The notes below the pieces were generated by a model. That model was not told the origin of the DNA, did no database searches, and saw only the letters and a program-made list of their open reading frames with translations. This document shows, one piece after another, positions 1 to 12,500 of a stretch of 64,000 bases of DNA; position 1 is the first letter of the stretch, and the number at the start of each line of letters is the position of its first letter. Made by a program: the position numbers and the translations under genes. Source of the DNA: Eledone cirrhosa (Eukaryota); contig OZ024745.1 of assembly GCA_964016885.1 (NCBI GenBank), positions 3,472,001 to 3,536,000 of the forward strand, read 5' to 3'.

Positions 1-2824
1 GGAGCATGCAAGCTTCGTTCCTCTCTAGTCTGCGTATATCCTCTGCACACAATGCCCAGGTCTCACTACCATGCAACATTGCTGTTCGTATGCAGGCATC
101 GTACAACCTGCCTTTCATTTTTAGGGAGAACCCTTTAGCAGCTAATAGTGGTATAAGCTCTCTGAACATTTTCCAACCAGTTCTGACTCTAGCTACAGTA
201 CTTTCAGAGCACCCTCCCCCACTGCTGATTTTATCGCCCAGGTAACGGAAGCTGTCCACTATTTCTATAGAACCCTCTGCGCAATTGAAAGAGCTAGTAT
301 TTTGTGGGCACTTGCTGCTACTTATTGCACCAGAACACCGGCCACATGTAAAATCTATGTTCTTAGTTAGCTTACCTGTGATCCCACTACATCTTTTATG
401 CACCCATACTTTGCATTTAGGACATAAAATGGAGTTTCTACCTACGCCTTTCCTACACACCGAGCACGACCATTTCCCAGAAGGGACCGCCGCCTTGTTT
501 TCTTTCCTACAAACTAGAACTTTGGTCTTAGCCAGGTTAATTTTAAGTCCTTTTGACTCTAGGCCGTGCTTCCATGTTTGGAATTTCTTCTCTAGCTCGG
601 CCATTGATTCCGCTATGAGTGTCAGGTCGTCTGCGTATAGGAGTTCCCATGGGCAGCCTGTCTTGAACTCCTCTGTTATAGCCTGAAGGGCAATAATAAA
701 TAGTAGGGGGCTGAGAACAGAGCCCTGATGGACGCCAACTTTTACGCTAAACTCTTCACTATATTCGTTGTTAATTCTAACCTTGCTGACTGTTTCTTTA
801 TACATGGCTTGTATAGCCCTCACAAGCCATTCGTCAACGCCTAGTTTTCTAAGAGCCCACCAGATAATGGAGCGGGGGACTCTGTCGAAGGCTTTCTCCA
901 GGTCGACAAAAGCTAAGTAGAGGGGTTTACCTTTAGCTAGGTACTTCTCCTGTAGTTGTCGTACTATGAAAAGAGCGTCTGTGGTGCTTTTGCCTGACAC
1001 AAACCCGAACTGCATTTCATCTAGGTCAATTCTCTCTCTGATTAGTTGCGCTATTACTTTTTCCGTGACCTTCATGACCTGGTCGATTAATTTAATGCCT
1101 CTATAGTTACTCCTATCTAGGGCGTCTCCTTTACCCTTATAACAGTTAACGATGATGCTGCTATGCCAGTCCTTCGGAACAACCCCATTCTGTACGACTT
1201 GGTTAACTATGCGGGTGACCATGGTGTGTCCCACCGTGCCAGATGCCTTCAGCATCTCAGCAACTATTTCCGAAGGCCCAGCCGCCTTACCCGTCTTCAT
1301 ATCCTTGATTGCCTTACTTATTATACTCCCCTCGACTAACACTGCTGGTCCCTCTATTGGGTCGATATGGGGGAGACTGTCTTTCTCCCATTTATTCTCC
1401 TCATTTAGTAGCCTTTCATAGTGACACTTCCAAGCTACCTTCTTATCAGTGTCGGTGATGGCAAGTATGCCATCATCGTTAAGTACACACTTCTCCCCGA
1501 CAATATCACGGTTTTCCTTGACGCATTGCCTAGCAATCCTGAACACCTCACGTTTTTGGTCATCGCGTTGTAGAACATGCTTGAACTTTCTTTCCTCAGC
1601 TTCCCTTCTTGCTAAGTACACTTCTCTCCTAGCTTCCCTCCTGGCCACTTGATAGTCTACTCTACTTCCCCCATCCCGCCATACTTTCCAAGCCTGCTTT
1701 TTGGCCTGCTTTGACCCCTCCACCCTACTGTTCCACCACCATGTTACTCTCCTCCTGCCCACAGGCCTGCTCCAGCCACAGACTTCGTCTGTCGCCAACA
1801 GCAGGTTTGCTTTCAGAAATTCCCACTGTCCCTCTATATTGTCCGATTCTAGATGCTCTTCCTTACTGTCGAAAGCATCAAGTAATATGCTTTGAAATTT
1901 ATTTCTGGTTGTGGGGTCCTTTAGTTTCCATATTTTCCTCCTGAGGATAGTCCTCTTCTGCTGTCGAGTACGTCTCGTCCTGACTATGAGGTCGCTAATT
2001 ATCAGTCTATGTTGGGAGGTGCATTCTTCTTGGGGGAGGGATTTAGTGTTTACAACAGACACTCTGTCACGTCTTCTGGTAAGGATATAATCTACCTGGC
2101 TTGTGTGTTCCCCGGATCTATAGGTGATCAGGTGATTGTCACGTTTTTTGAAGTTAGTGTTACAGATAGTTAGGTTATTTGCATCACAGAATTCCAGGAT
2201 TCTGGAGCCTTCCTCATTTCTAGTACCAAACCCATAGCCTCCATGGATTTCGTCGTAGCCGTCACAATGTTGTCCAACGTGACCATTTAGGTCGCCTGCA
2301 ATAATTATATAGTCACTGTCAGATATTTGGGAGGTAGTTAGCAACAGTGTCTCATAGAATCTGTCTTTTATAGTGCCGGGCAGTCCGGATTGGGGTGCGT
2401 GCGCAGATATTACTGTCACCGTAGTTCTATTGAGGACAAGTCGTATTTTAATTATTCTGTCGTTCACTCTATTTACGTCTATTATCTTATCTGCCCACTT
2501 TTCTGCTACCATGATTCCTACTCCACCCAGCCCATCGTTGTTTCCCACCCAGAAAAGCTTATAACATCGTTTTTTACCCTCAATGAATCTAGCAGACCCA
2601 CCCCTCCACCTGGTCTCTTGAATACAACAAACATCGACCTCCTTACGTTCAAGCATTTCTACAACCTCGTTAGCGCGACCCTTTAGGGTGCCTACATTTA
2701 TGGTACCAACTCTGAAGTTTTGGGTTGCGTTTGGAGGGTGGGGGTGGTGGGGGGCGGGGGGAGATAGGGTTATGTTAGCCATCCGCGGACGATACAGAGA
2801 GGAGTGCTCGCATTCTCGTCCACG
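1..2824 (-). CDS. APE endonuclease-reverse transcriptase ORF of RTE-A copy 1 (partial, runs off the window)
   Basis: Manual translation gives RGRECEHSSLYRPRMANITLSPPAPHHPHPPNATQNFRVGTINVG... in one frame. The ORF track lists no minus-strand fragments here, consistent with a frame open to the window edge. Confidence 0.8.
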
Positions 2825-2826
2825 AT
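1..2826 (-). mobile_element. RTE-clade LINE, family A copy 1 (5'-truncated at a TA tract; 3' part lies outside the window)
   Basis: Colinear with the family A ORF at 34725-37745 at a constant offset of 35044 (antisense ORFs 285/35329, 1152/36196, 1701/36745). Homology ends at ...CTCGTCCACGA|TATA. Confidence 0.93.
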
Positions 2827-2854
2827 ATAATATATATATATAAATATATATATT
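2826..2854. repeat. short imperfect (TA)n tract
   Basis: TATAATATATATATATAAATATATATATT between two LINEs. Confidence 0.95.
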
Positions 2855-2885
<31 letters not shown>

Positions 2886-3168
2886 CCGTTTTACGTCCGT
2901 TCTTCCACGCTAGCATGGGTTAGACGGGTTGTCCTGTTGTGGGCAGTGTCTGGTCGGCTGACCATGCCTTGCTCATACAGGAACTGATCTGGCTTGATTT
3001 CTACAGCTGGATGCCCTTCCTAACACCAACCTCATTTACAGTGAGTGCTGGGTGCTTTTTCGTGGCGCCTACACGTCCACTTTACAGTGTGGGCTGGGTG
3101 CTTTTTTGCCGTGGCACCTCCACGACCACCTTGCGGAGGGGGGAGTGGGGGCATATTGTTTATATGCT

Positions 3169-6100
3169 TCAGCATGTACCCATGGGAGGTCGGGTACCCT
3201 GTATTACTGCGTGACGCCAGAAGTCACGGTCGTGTGTCATTGTCTTTGAGAGGTGTAGTTGGGTAAGGTCGGCTTTTATCACCTCATCCCAAGTCATCTT
3301 GGGTCTCCCCACTCCGCGGTTTCCATCAACTTCTAGTGCTCTGCACCTTTTTATGCAGCTGTCATCCTTCATACGCATCACATGTCCATACCAGCGTAAC
3401 CGCCTCTCCTGCACGCAGCATTTGATTCCTCTTATGCTCAGTCTCTCTCTCAATTCCTTTATGCTTTGTCGTTCACGTATATTACTGTTACACATCCATC
3501 GGAGCATGCAGGCTTCGTTTCTCTCTAATCTACGTAAGTCTTCCACCTTCAGCGCCCAGGTCTCACTACCATGCAACATCGCTGTTCGGATACACGCATC
3601 ATACAGTCTGCCTTTCATTCTGAGGGAGAAGCCTTTTGCAGCTAGCAGTGGTAGTAGTTACCTAAACTTCTTCCATCCCGTTCTTACCCTAGTTATTGTA
3701 CTTTCTGAGCACCCACCTCCGTTGCTAATTCGGTCACCTAGGTAGCAGAAGCTGTCTACTGTTTCTACAGGGCCCTCCCAGAGATTGGTGGTACTTGTTT
3801 CCTGTGGCTGTTTGCTTGCTGTTTCAGCACAGCTGCTGCATGTGAAGCCTACATTCTTAATTAAGCTTCCTGAGATCCCGCTACATCTCTTGTGTACCCA
3901 TTGTTTGCATTTGGGGCAGAGAATGGAGTTCCTACCTACACCTTTCCTACATACTGAGCAAGGCCATTTCCCTGAGGGGATCTGGGTTCTGTTTTCTCGT
4001 CTACTTACAAGGACATTAGTCTTTGTCATGTTGACTTTGAGGCCCTTTCTCTCTAGTCCCTGCTTCCAGGTTTGGAATTTATTCTCTAGTTCTACCATAG
4101 ATTCAGCTATGAGTGCGAGGTCATCAGCATACAGGAGTTCCCATGGGCATCCGGTCTTAAACTCCTCCGTTATTGCCTGCGGGACTATGATGAACAGGAG
4201 AGGGCTAAGAACAGAGCCCTGGTGGACCCCAACCTGTACGCTAAATTCCTCGCTATACTCATTGCTAATCCTAACTTTGCTGACTGCTCCCCTATACATG
4301 GCTTGTACCGCTTTCACAAGCCATTCATCTACTCCTAGTTTTCTAAGAGCCCACCAGATTACTGCACGTGGAACTCTGTCAAAGGCTTTCTCAAGGTCGA
4401 CAAATGCCAAGTAGAGTCGCTTACTTTTAGCTAGGTACTTTTCCTGTAATTGCCTCACAAGGAAGAGGGCATCAGTGGTGCCTCTCCCTGGTACAAACCC
4501 AAATTGCATCTCGTCTATATTCACCCGGTCCCTAATCAGCTGTGCTATAACTCTTTCTGTTACTTTCATGACCTGGTCCATCAACTTTATACCTCTATAG
4601 TTTCCTCTATCTAGTGCATCGCCTTTACCTTTGTAGCAGTTGACAATGATGCTACTGCACCAATCTTTTGGTATGGCCCCTTCTAGTATTACCTGGTTAA
4701 CGATACGTGTGGTTATAGTGTGACCTACAGACCCAGATGCCTTCAGCATCTCGGCAGCTATACCCGATGGACCGGTTGCCTTCCCCATCTTCATATCTCT
4801 GATTGCCTTACTTACTACGCTGCCGCTGACTTGTACTGCTCGTCCCTCTATAGGGTCTACGTGGGGTAGGGTCTCTTCTTCCCATGCATTCTCCTCATTT
4901 AGTAATCTATCATAATGACTCTTCCATGCATCTTTCTTCTCAGCACTTGTGAGGGCAAGCTCACCTTTATCATTCCGGATACACTTCTCTCCAATGACAT
5001 CACAACTATCTCTGACACACTGCCTCGCAATCTTGAATACCTCCTGTTTCTGGTCCTCACGTTGTAAAACATGCTTGAATTTTCTATCCTCTGCTTCCCT
5101 CCTAGCTAAGTATACTTGTCGCCTAGCTTCCCTCTTGGTCTCTATGTAATGTACCCTGCTCCCCCCGTTCTTCCATTCTTTCCATGCCTGTCTCTTGGCC
5201 TTGACTGCTTCATCTACCTTATTGTTCCACCACCAAGTCACTCTCCTCCTGCTTGAGGTCTTACTCCAGCCACAAACCTCATCCGTCGCCTCTAGTAAGT
5301 TATTTTTTAGGAACTCCCAGTTCTCTTCTACGTTAAATGTCTCTATCTGTTCTTCTTTACTGTCGTAGGCGTTGAGTAAAATATCTTTAAATCTGTTACT
5401 GGTTGAGGGGACTTTCAGCTTCCAGATCTTTCTTCTCCAGGTTGGCCTCTGTTTCAGGGCTCGTCTAGTTCTGACCGTGAGGTCGCTGACAACTAAGCTA
5501 TGTTGGGATGTACATTCCTCACTAGGGAAGGCTTTTGTGTTTACGACTGTCCATCTGTCACGTCCTCTGATGAGGATAAAATCTAACTGACTAGAGTGCT
5601 CCCCTGATCTATAGGTGATCAGGTGGTTGTCGGGTTTTTTAAAGTTTGTGTTACATATCGACATGTCATTGGCGTCGCAGAATTCTAGAAGTCTGAATCC
5701 TTCTTCATTCCTTGTGCCAACTCCATGGCCTCCATGTACTCTATTGAAGCCGTCGCAGTGTTTACCTACGTGTCCGTTAAAATCTCCTGCAATGATTAGG
5801 AAGTCCTTGTCGTCTGTTAGAGCAGTAGTGTGTATTAGGGACTCGTAAAACCTATCCTTAAGTTCGTCTGGCAGCCCCGATTGGGGTGCGTAAGCTGATA
5901 TTATTGTGGTAATTGTCTTATTCAGGACTAGTCTGAGTTTAATGATTCTAGCATTTACCCTGTACACTGAGATTACTTTATCTACCCACTTGTCAGCTAA
6001 TAGTATACCTACACCACCCATCCCATCGTCATTTCCCACCCAGAAAAATTTGTAGCACTGGCTTTTTCCTACAAGGACTCTAGCAGACCCTCCTCTCCAT

Positions 6101-6288
6101 CTAGTCTCTTGCACACAGCATACATCAACTTCCTTTCGCTCTAGCATTTCTACGATTTCTCCTGCTCTTCCTTTCATTGAGCCTACATTGATGGTACCAA
6201 TTCGGAGTTTTGGGCATTTGTCGACACTCGTAGGGGAGGGTCTCTGGGTTGGCGCTTCACGTGGGTGCTTGGTAGCTCGCAGATTCAT
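3169..6288 (-). pseudogene. RTE-B APE-RT-PHD ORF with one premature stop
   Basis: APE motifs GTINVG, VQETRW, AYAPQ, GDFNGH, DFIL, SQH; RT motifs YRGIKL, QFGF, DLEKAFD, GVHQGSVLSP, YADD, YLG. TAA at 3658-3660 where copy 2 has GAA (KFRELL). ORFs 3658-6288 and 3169-3618 are in the same frame. Confidence 0.93.
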
Positions 6289-6530
6289 ATTTCATCTATT
6301 GATTCAGAGTTGCTCGTGTATTCCCAGCTCATCCATCCATAACGGTGGGGAAATTGAGGGCTAGAAGAACAGTGGTGGTGGGGTAATGGCAGGGTGTGTT
6401 GGGATGCGCCAGAGGAGGAGAGAGTTAGTTAGGCAGGTAGTAGCAGCAGCAGTGGAAATGGCATGCTAGGTTTGATTGGTCGAATAGACTATGGTGGTGT
6501 GTGGGGGTGGGGGGGTGGGGGGAACTTGTG

Positions 6531-9500
6531 AGGTAGGAAGTGAGGGTCGCATGGTAAATATCCAAGTTAATACTACATCAGTAAAATTAACAATAATAAC
6601 GTCATGAAAAACTACTAAGAGAAACCCTCGAAAATTTATCGCTAATACAGCAGGGAAAATTTAACGCTAATACAGCAGGGAACATCATAATATTAACGAC
6701 AATATGTAGGCTAAAATACCTTCGTAGATTAGATGGATGGCTGGAAAAATTGGAATCAGCTCTAGTGATACATTTTAGCAGAGAAGAATGGGAAAGTGTC
6801 TTATCTCTTCAATATTTTCAGATTGAATGAATTAGGTTAAAGACAGGGTAGTAGCTTTAAAGAAGTGCATAGAGAGGGGGGTAGGAACTGAGGGTCGCAT
6901 GGTAAATAACTGAGAGAGATACAATAGGATTAGAATACCGCATGGTAAATATCCAAGTTAATAAGTTAATACTACATCAGTAAAATTAACAATAATAACG
7001 TCATGAAAAACTACTAAGAGAAACCCTCGAAAATTTATCGCTAATACAGCAGGGAAAATTTAACGCTAATACAGCAGGGAACATCATAATATTAACGACA
7101 ATATGTAGGCTAAAATACCTTCGTAGATTAGATGGATGGCTGGAAAAATTGGAATCAGCTCTAGTGATACATTTTAGCAGAGAAGAATGGGAAAGTGTCT
7201 TATCTCTTCAATATTTTCAGATTGAATGAATTAGGTTAAAGACAGGGTAGTAGCCTTAAAGAAGTGCATAGAGAGGGGGGGTAGGAACTGAGGGTCGCAT
7301 GGTAAATAACTGAGAGAGATACAATAGGATTAGAATACCGCATGGTAAATATCCAAGTTAATAAGTTAATACTACATCAGTAAAATTAACAATAATAACG
7401 TCATGAAAAACTACTAAGAGAAACCCTCGAAAATTTATCGCTAATACAGCAGGGAAAATTTAACGCTAATACAGCAGGGAACATCATAATATTAACGACA
7501 ATATGTAGGCTAAAATACCTTCGTAGATTAGATGGATGGCTGGAAAAATTGGAATCAGCTCTAGTGATACATTTTAGCAGAGAAGAATGGGAAAGTGTCT
7601 TATCTCTTCAATATTTTCAGATTGAATGAATTAGGTTAAAAACAGGGTAGTAGCCTTAAAGAAGTGCATAGAGAGGGGGGGGTAGGAACTGAGGGTCGCA
7701 TGGTAAATAACTGAGAGAGATACAATAGGATTAGAATACCGCATGGTAAATATCCAAGTTAATAAGTTAATACTACATCAGTAAAATTAACAATAACGTC
7801 ATGAAAAACTACTAAGAGAAACCCTCGAAAATTTATCGCTAATACAGCAGGGAAAATTTAACGCTAATACAGCAGGGAACATCATAATATTAACGACAAT
7901 ATGTAGGCTAAAATACCTTCGTAGATTAGATGGATGGCTGGAAAAATTGGAATCAGCTCTAGTGATACATTTTAGCAGAGAAGAATGGGAAAGTGTCTTA
8001 TCTCTTCAATATTTTCAGATTGAATGAATTAGGTTAAAGACAGGGTAGTAGCCTTAAAGAAGTGCATAGAGAGGGGGGGGTAGGAACTGAGGGTCGCATG
8101 GTAAATAACTGAGAGAGATACAATAGGATTAGAATACCGCATGGTAAATATCCGAGTTAATACTACATCAGTAAAATTAACAATAATAACGTCATGAAAA
8201 ACTACTAAGAGAAACCCTCGAAAATTTATCGCTAATACAGCAGGGAAAATTTAACGCTAATACAGCAGGGAACATCATAATATTAACGACAATATGTAGG
8301 CTAAAATAGCTTCGTAGATTAGATGGATGGCTGGAAAAATTGGAATCAGCTCTAGTGATACATTTTAGCAGAGAAGAATGGGAAAGTGTCTTATCTCTTC
8401 AATATATTCAGATTGAATGAATTAGGTTAAAGACAGGGTAGTAGCCTTAAAGAAGTGCATAGAGAGGGGGGGGGGTAGGAACTGAGGGTCGCATGGTAAA
8501 TAACTGAGAGAGATACAATAGGATTAGAATACCGCATGGTAAATATCCAAGTTAATAAGTTAATACTACATCAGTAAAATTAACAATAACGTCATGAAAA
8601 ACTACTAAGAGAAACCCTCGAAAATTTATCGCTAATACAGCAGGGAAAATTTAACGCTAATACAGCAGGGAACATCATAATATTAACGACAATATGTAGG
8701 CTAAAATACCTTCGTAGATTAGATGGATGGCTGGAAAAATTGGAATCAGCTCTAGTGATACATTTTAGCAGAGAAGAATGGGAAAGTGTCTTATCTCTTC
8801 AATATTTCAGATTGAATGAATTAGGTGAAAGACAGGGTAGTAGCCTTAAAGAAGTGCATAGAGAGGGGGGGGGGGTAGGAACTGAGGGTCGCATGGTAAA
8901 TAACTGAGAGAGATACAATAGGATTAGAATACCGCATGGTAAATATCCGAGTTAATACTACATCAGTAAAATTAACAATAATAACGTCATGAAAAACTAC
9001 TAAGAGAAACCCTCGAAAATTTATCGCTAATACAGCAGGGAAAATTTAACGCTAATACAGCAGGGAACATCATAATATTAACGACAATATGTAGGCTAAA
9101 ATACCTTCGTAGATTAGATGGATGGCTGGAAAAATTGGAATCAGCTCTAGTAATACATTTTAGCAGAGAAGAATGGGAAAGTGTCTTATCTCTTCAATAT
9201 TTTCAGATTGAATGAATTAGGTTAAAGACAGGGTAGTAGCCTTAAAGAAGTGCATAGAGAGGGGTGGGTAGGAACTGAGGGTCGCATGGTAAATAACTGA
9301 GAGAGATACAATAGGATTAGAATACCGCATGGTAAATATCCAAGTTAATAAGTTAATACTACATCAGTAAAATTAACAATAACGTCATGAAAAACTACTA
9401 AGAGAAACCCTCGAAAATTTATCGCTAATACAGCAGGGAAAATTTAACGCTAATACAGCAGGGAACATCATAATATTAACGACAATATGTAGGCTAAAAT

Positions 9501-12500
9501 ACCTTCGTAGATTAGATGGATGGCTGGAAAAATTGGAATCAGCTCTAGTGATACATTTTAGCAGAGAAGAATGGGAAAGTGTCTTATCTCTTCAATATTT
9601 CAGATGGAATGAATTAGGTGAAAGACAGGGTAGTAGCCTTAAAGAAGTGCATAGAGAGGGGGGGGGGGGGTAGGAACTGAGGGTCGCATGGTAAATAACT
9701 GAGAGAGATACAATAGGATTAGAATACCGCATGGTAAATATCCAAGTTAATAAGTTAATACTACATCAGTAAAATTAACAATAACGTCATGAAAAACTAC
9801 TAAGAGAAACCCTCGAAAATTTATCGCTAATACAGCAGGGAAAATTTAACGCTAATACAGCAGGGAACATCATAATATTAACGAAAATATGTAGGCTAAA
9901 ATACCTTCGTAGATTAGATGGATGGCTGGAAAAATTGGAATCAGCTCTAGTGATACATTTTAGCAGAGAAGAATGGGAAAGTGTCTTATCTCTTCAATAT
10001 TTTCAGATTGAATGAATTAGGTTAAAGACAGGGTAGTAGCTTTAAAGAAGTGCATAGAGAGGGGGGGAGTAGGAACTGATGGTCGCATGGTAAATAACTG
10101 AGAGAGATACAATAGGATTAGAATACCGCATGGTAAATATCCAAGTTAATAAGTTAATACTACATCAGTAAAATTAACAATAATAACGTCATGAAAAACT
10201 ACTAAGAGAAACCCTCGAAAATTTATCGCTAATACAGCAGGGAAAATTTAACGCTAATACAGCAGGGAACATCATAATATTAACGACAATATGTAGGCTA
10301 AAATACCTTCGTAGATTAGATGGATGGCTGGAAAAATTGGAATCAGCTCTAGTGATATATTTTAGCAGAGAAGAATGGGAAAGTGTCTTATCTCTTCAAT
10401 ATTTTCAGATTGAATGAATTAGGTTAAAGACAGGGTAGTAGCCTTAAAGAAGTGCATAGAGAGGGGGGGGGGTAGGAACTGAGGGTCGCATAGTAAATAA
10501 CTGAGAGAGATACAATAGGATTAGAATACCGCATGGTAAATATCCAAGTTAATAAGTTAATACTACATCAGTAAAATTAACAATAACGTCATGAAAAACT
10601 ACTAAGAGAAACCCTCGAAAATTTATCGCTAATACAGCAGGGAAAATTTAACGCTAATACAGCAGGGAACATCATAATATTAACGACAATATGTAGGCTA
10701 AAATACCTTCGTAGATTAGATGGATGGCTGGAAAAATTAGAATCAGCTCTAGTGATACATTTTAGCAGAGAAGAATGGGAAAGTGTCTTATCTCTTCAAT
10801 ATTTTCAGATTGAATGAATTAGGTTAAAGACAGGGTAGTAGCCTTAAAGAAGTGCATAGAGAGGGGGGTAGGAACTGAGGGTCGCATGGTAAATAACTGA
10901 GAGAGATACAATAGGATTAGAATACCGCATGGTAAATATCCAAGTTAATAAGTTAATACTACATCAGTAAAATTAACAATAACGTCATGAAAAACTACTA
11001 AGAGAAACCCTCGAAAATTTATCGCTAATACAGCAGGGAAAATTTAACGCTAATACAGCAGGGAACATCATAATATTAACGACAATATGTAGGCTAAAAT
11101 ACCTTCGTAGATTAGATGGATGGCTGGAAAAATTGGAATCAGCTCTAGTGATACATTTTAGCAGAGAAGAATGGGAAAGTGTCTTATCTCTTCAATATTT
11201 CAGATTGAATGAATTAGGTGAAAGACAGGGTAGTAGCCTTAAAGAAGTGCATAGAGAGGGGGGGGGGTAGGAACTGAGGGTCGCATGGTAAATAACTGAG
11301 AGAGATACAATAGGATTAGAATACCGCATGGTAAATATCCAAGTTAATAAGTTAATACTACATCAGTAAAATTAACAATAACGTCATGAAAAACTACTAA
11401 GAGAAACCCTCGAAAATTTATCGCTAATACAGCAGGGAAAATTTAACGCTAATACAGCAGGGAACATCATAATATTAACGAAAATATGTAGGCTAAAATA
11501 CCTTCGTAGATTAGATGGATGGCTGGAAAAATTGGAATCAGCTCTAGTGATACATTTTAGCAGAGAAGAATGGGAAAGTGTCTTATCTCTTCAATATTTT
11601 CAGATTGAATGAATTAGGTTAAAGACAGGGTAGTAGCTTTAAAGAAGTGCATATAGAGGGAGGGGGGGTAGGAACTGAGGGTCGCATGGTAAATAACTGA
11701 GAGAGATACAATAGGATTAGAATACCGCATGCTAAATATCCAAGTTAATAAGTTAATACTACATCAGTAAAATTAACAATAATAACGTCATGAAAAACTA
11801 CTAAGAGAAACCCTCGAAAATTTATCGCTAATACAGCAGGGAAAATTTAACGCTAATACAGCAGGGAACATCATAATATTAACGACAATATGTAGGCTAA
11901 AATACCTTCGTAGATTAGATGGATGGCTGGAAAAATTGGAATCAGCTCTAGTAATACATTTTAGCAGAGAAGAATGGGAAAGTGTCTTATCTCTTCAATA
12001 TTTTCAGATTGAATGAATTAGGTGAAAGACAGGGTAGTAGCCTTAAAGAAGTGCATAGAGAGGGGGGGGGTAGGAACTGAGGGTCGCATGGTAAATAACT
12101 GAGAGAGATACAATAGGATTAGAATACCGCATGGTAAATATCCAAGTTAATACTACATCAGTAAAATTAACAATAATAACGTCATGAAAAACTACTAAGA
12201 GAAACCCTCGAAAATTTATCGCTAATACAGCAGGGAAAATTTAACGCTAATACAGCAGGGAACATCATAATATTAACGACAATATGTAGGCTAAAATACC
12301 TTCGTAGATTAGATGGATGGCTGGAAAAATTGGAATCAGCTCTAGTGATACATTTTAGCAGAGAAGAATGGGAAAGTGTCTTATCTCTTCAATATTTTCA
12401 GATTGAATGAATTAGGTTAAAGACAGGGTAGTAGCCTTAAAGAAGTGCATAGAGAGGGGGGGGTAGGAACTGAGGGTCGCATGGTAAATAACTGAGAGAG

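Noticed and set aside
6-5848. Plus-strand ORFs overlapping the RTE ORFs (also at 34966-37997, 52241-54565 and 57668-58483)
   Set aside because: Antisense shadows of the RT coding sequence, repeated only because the elements are repeated.
6490-6525. G-quadruplex-like G runs near ORF starts (also ~2735-2770 and ~38030-38057)
   Set aside because: They lie on the antisense strand and partly reflect proline/histidine codons. There is no evidence of function.
6881-7280. Hammerhead, HDV ribozyme, tRNA or 5S gene within the array units
   Set aside because: By eye I found no CTGANGA...GAAA core with flanking stems, no HDV pseudoknot and no A/B boxes on either strand of the 400-bp or 202-bp units. 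An Infernal search would be needed to exclude these fully.
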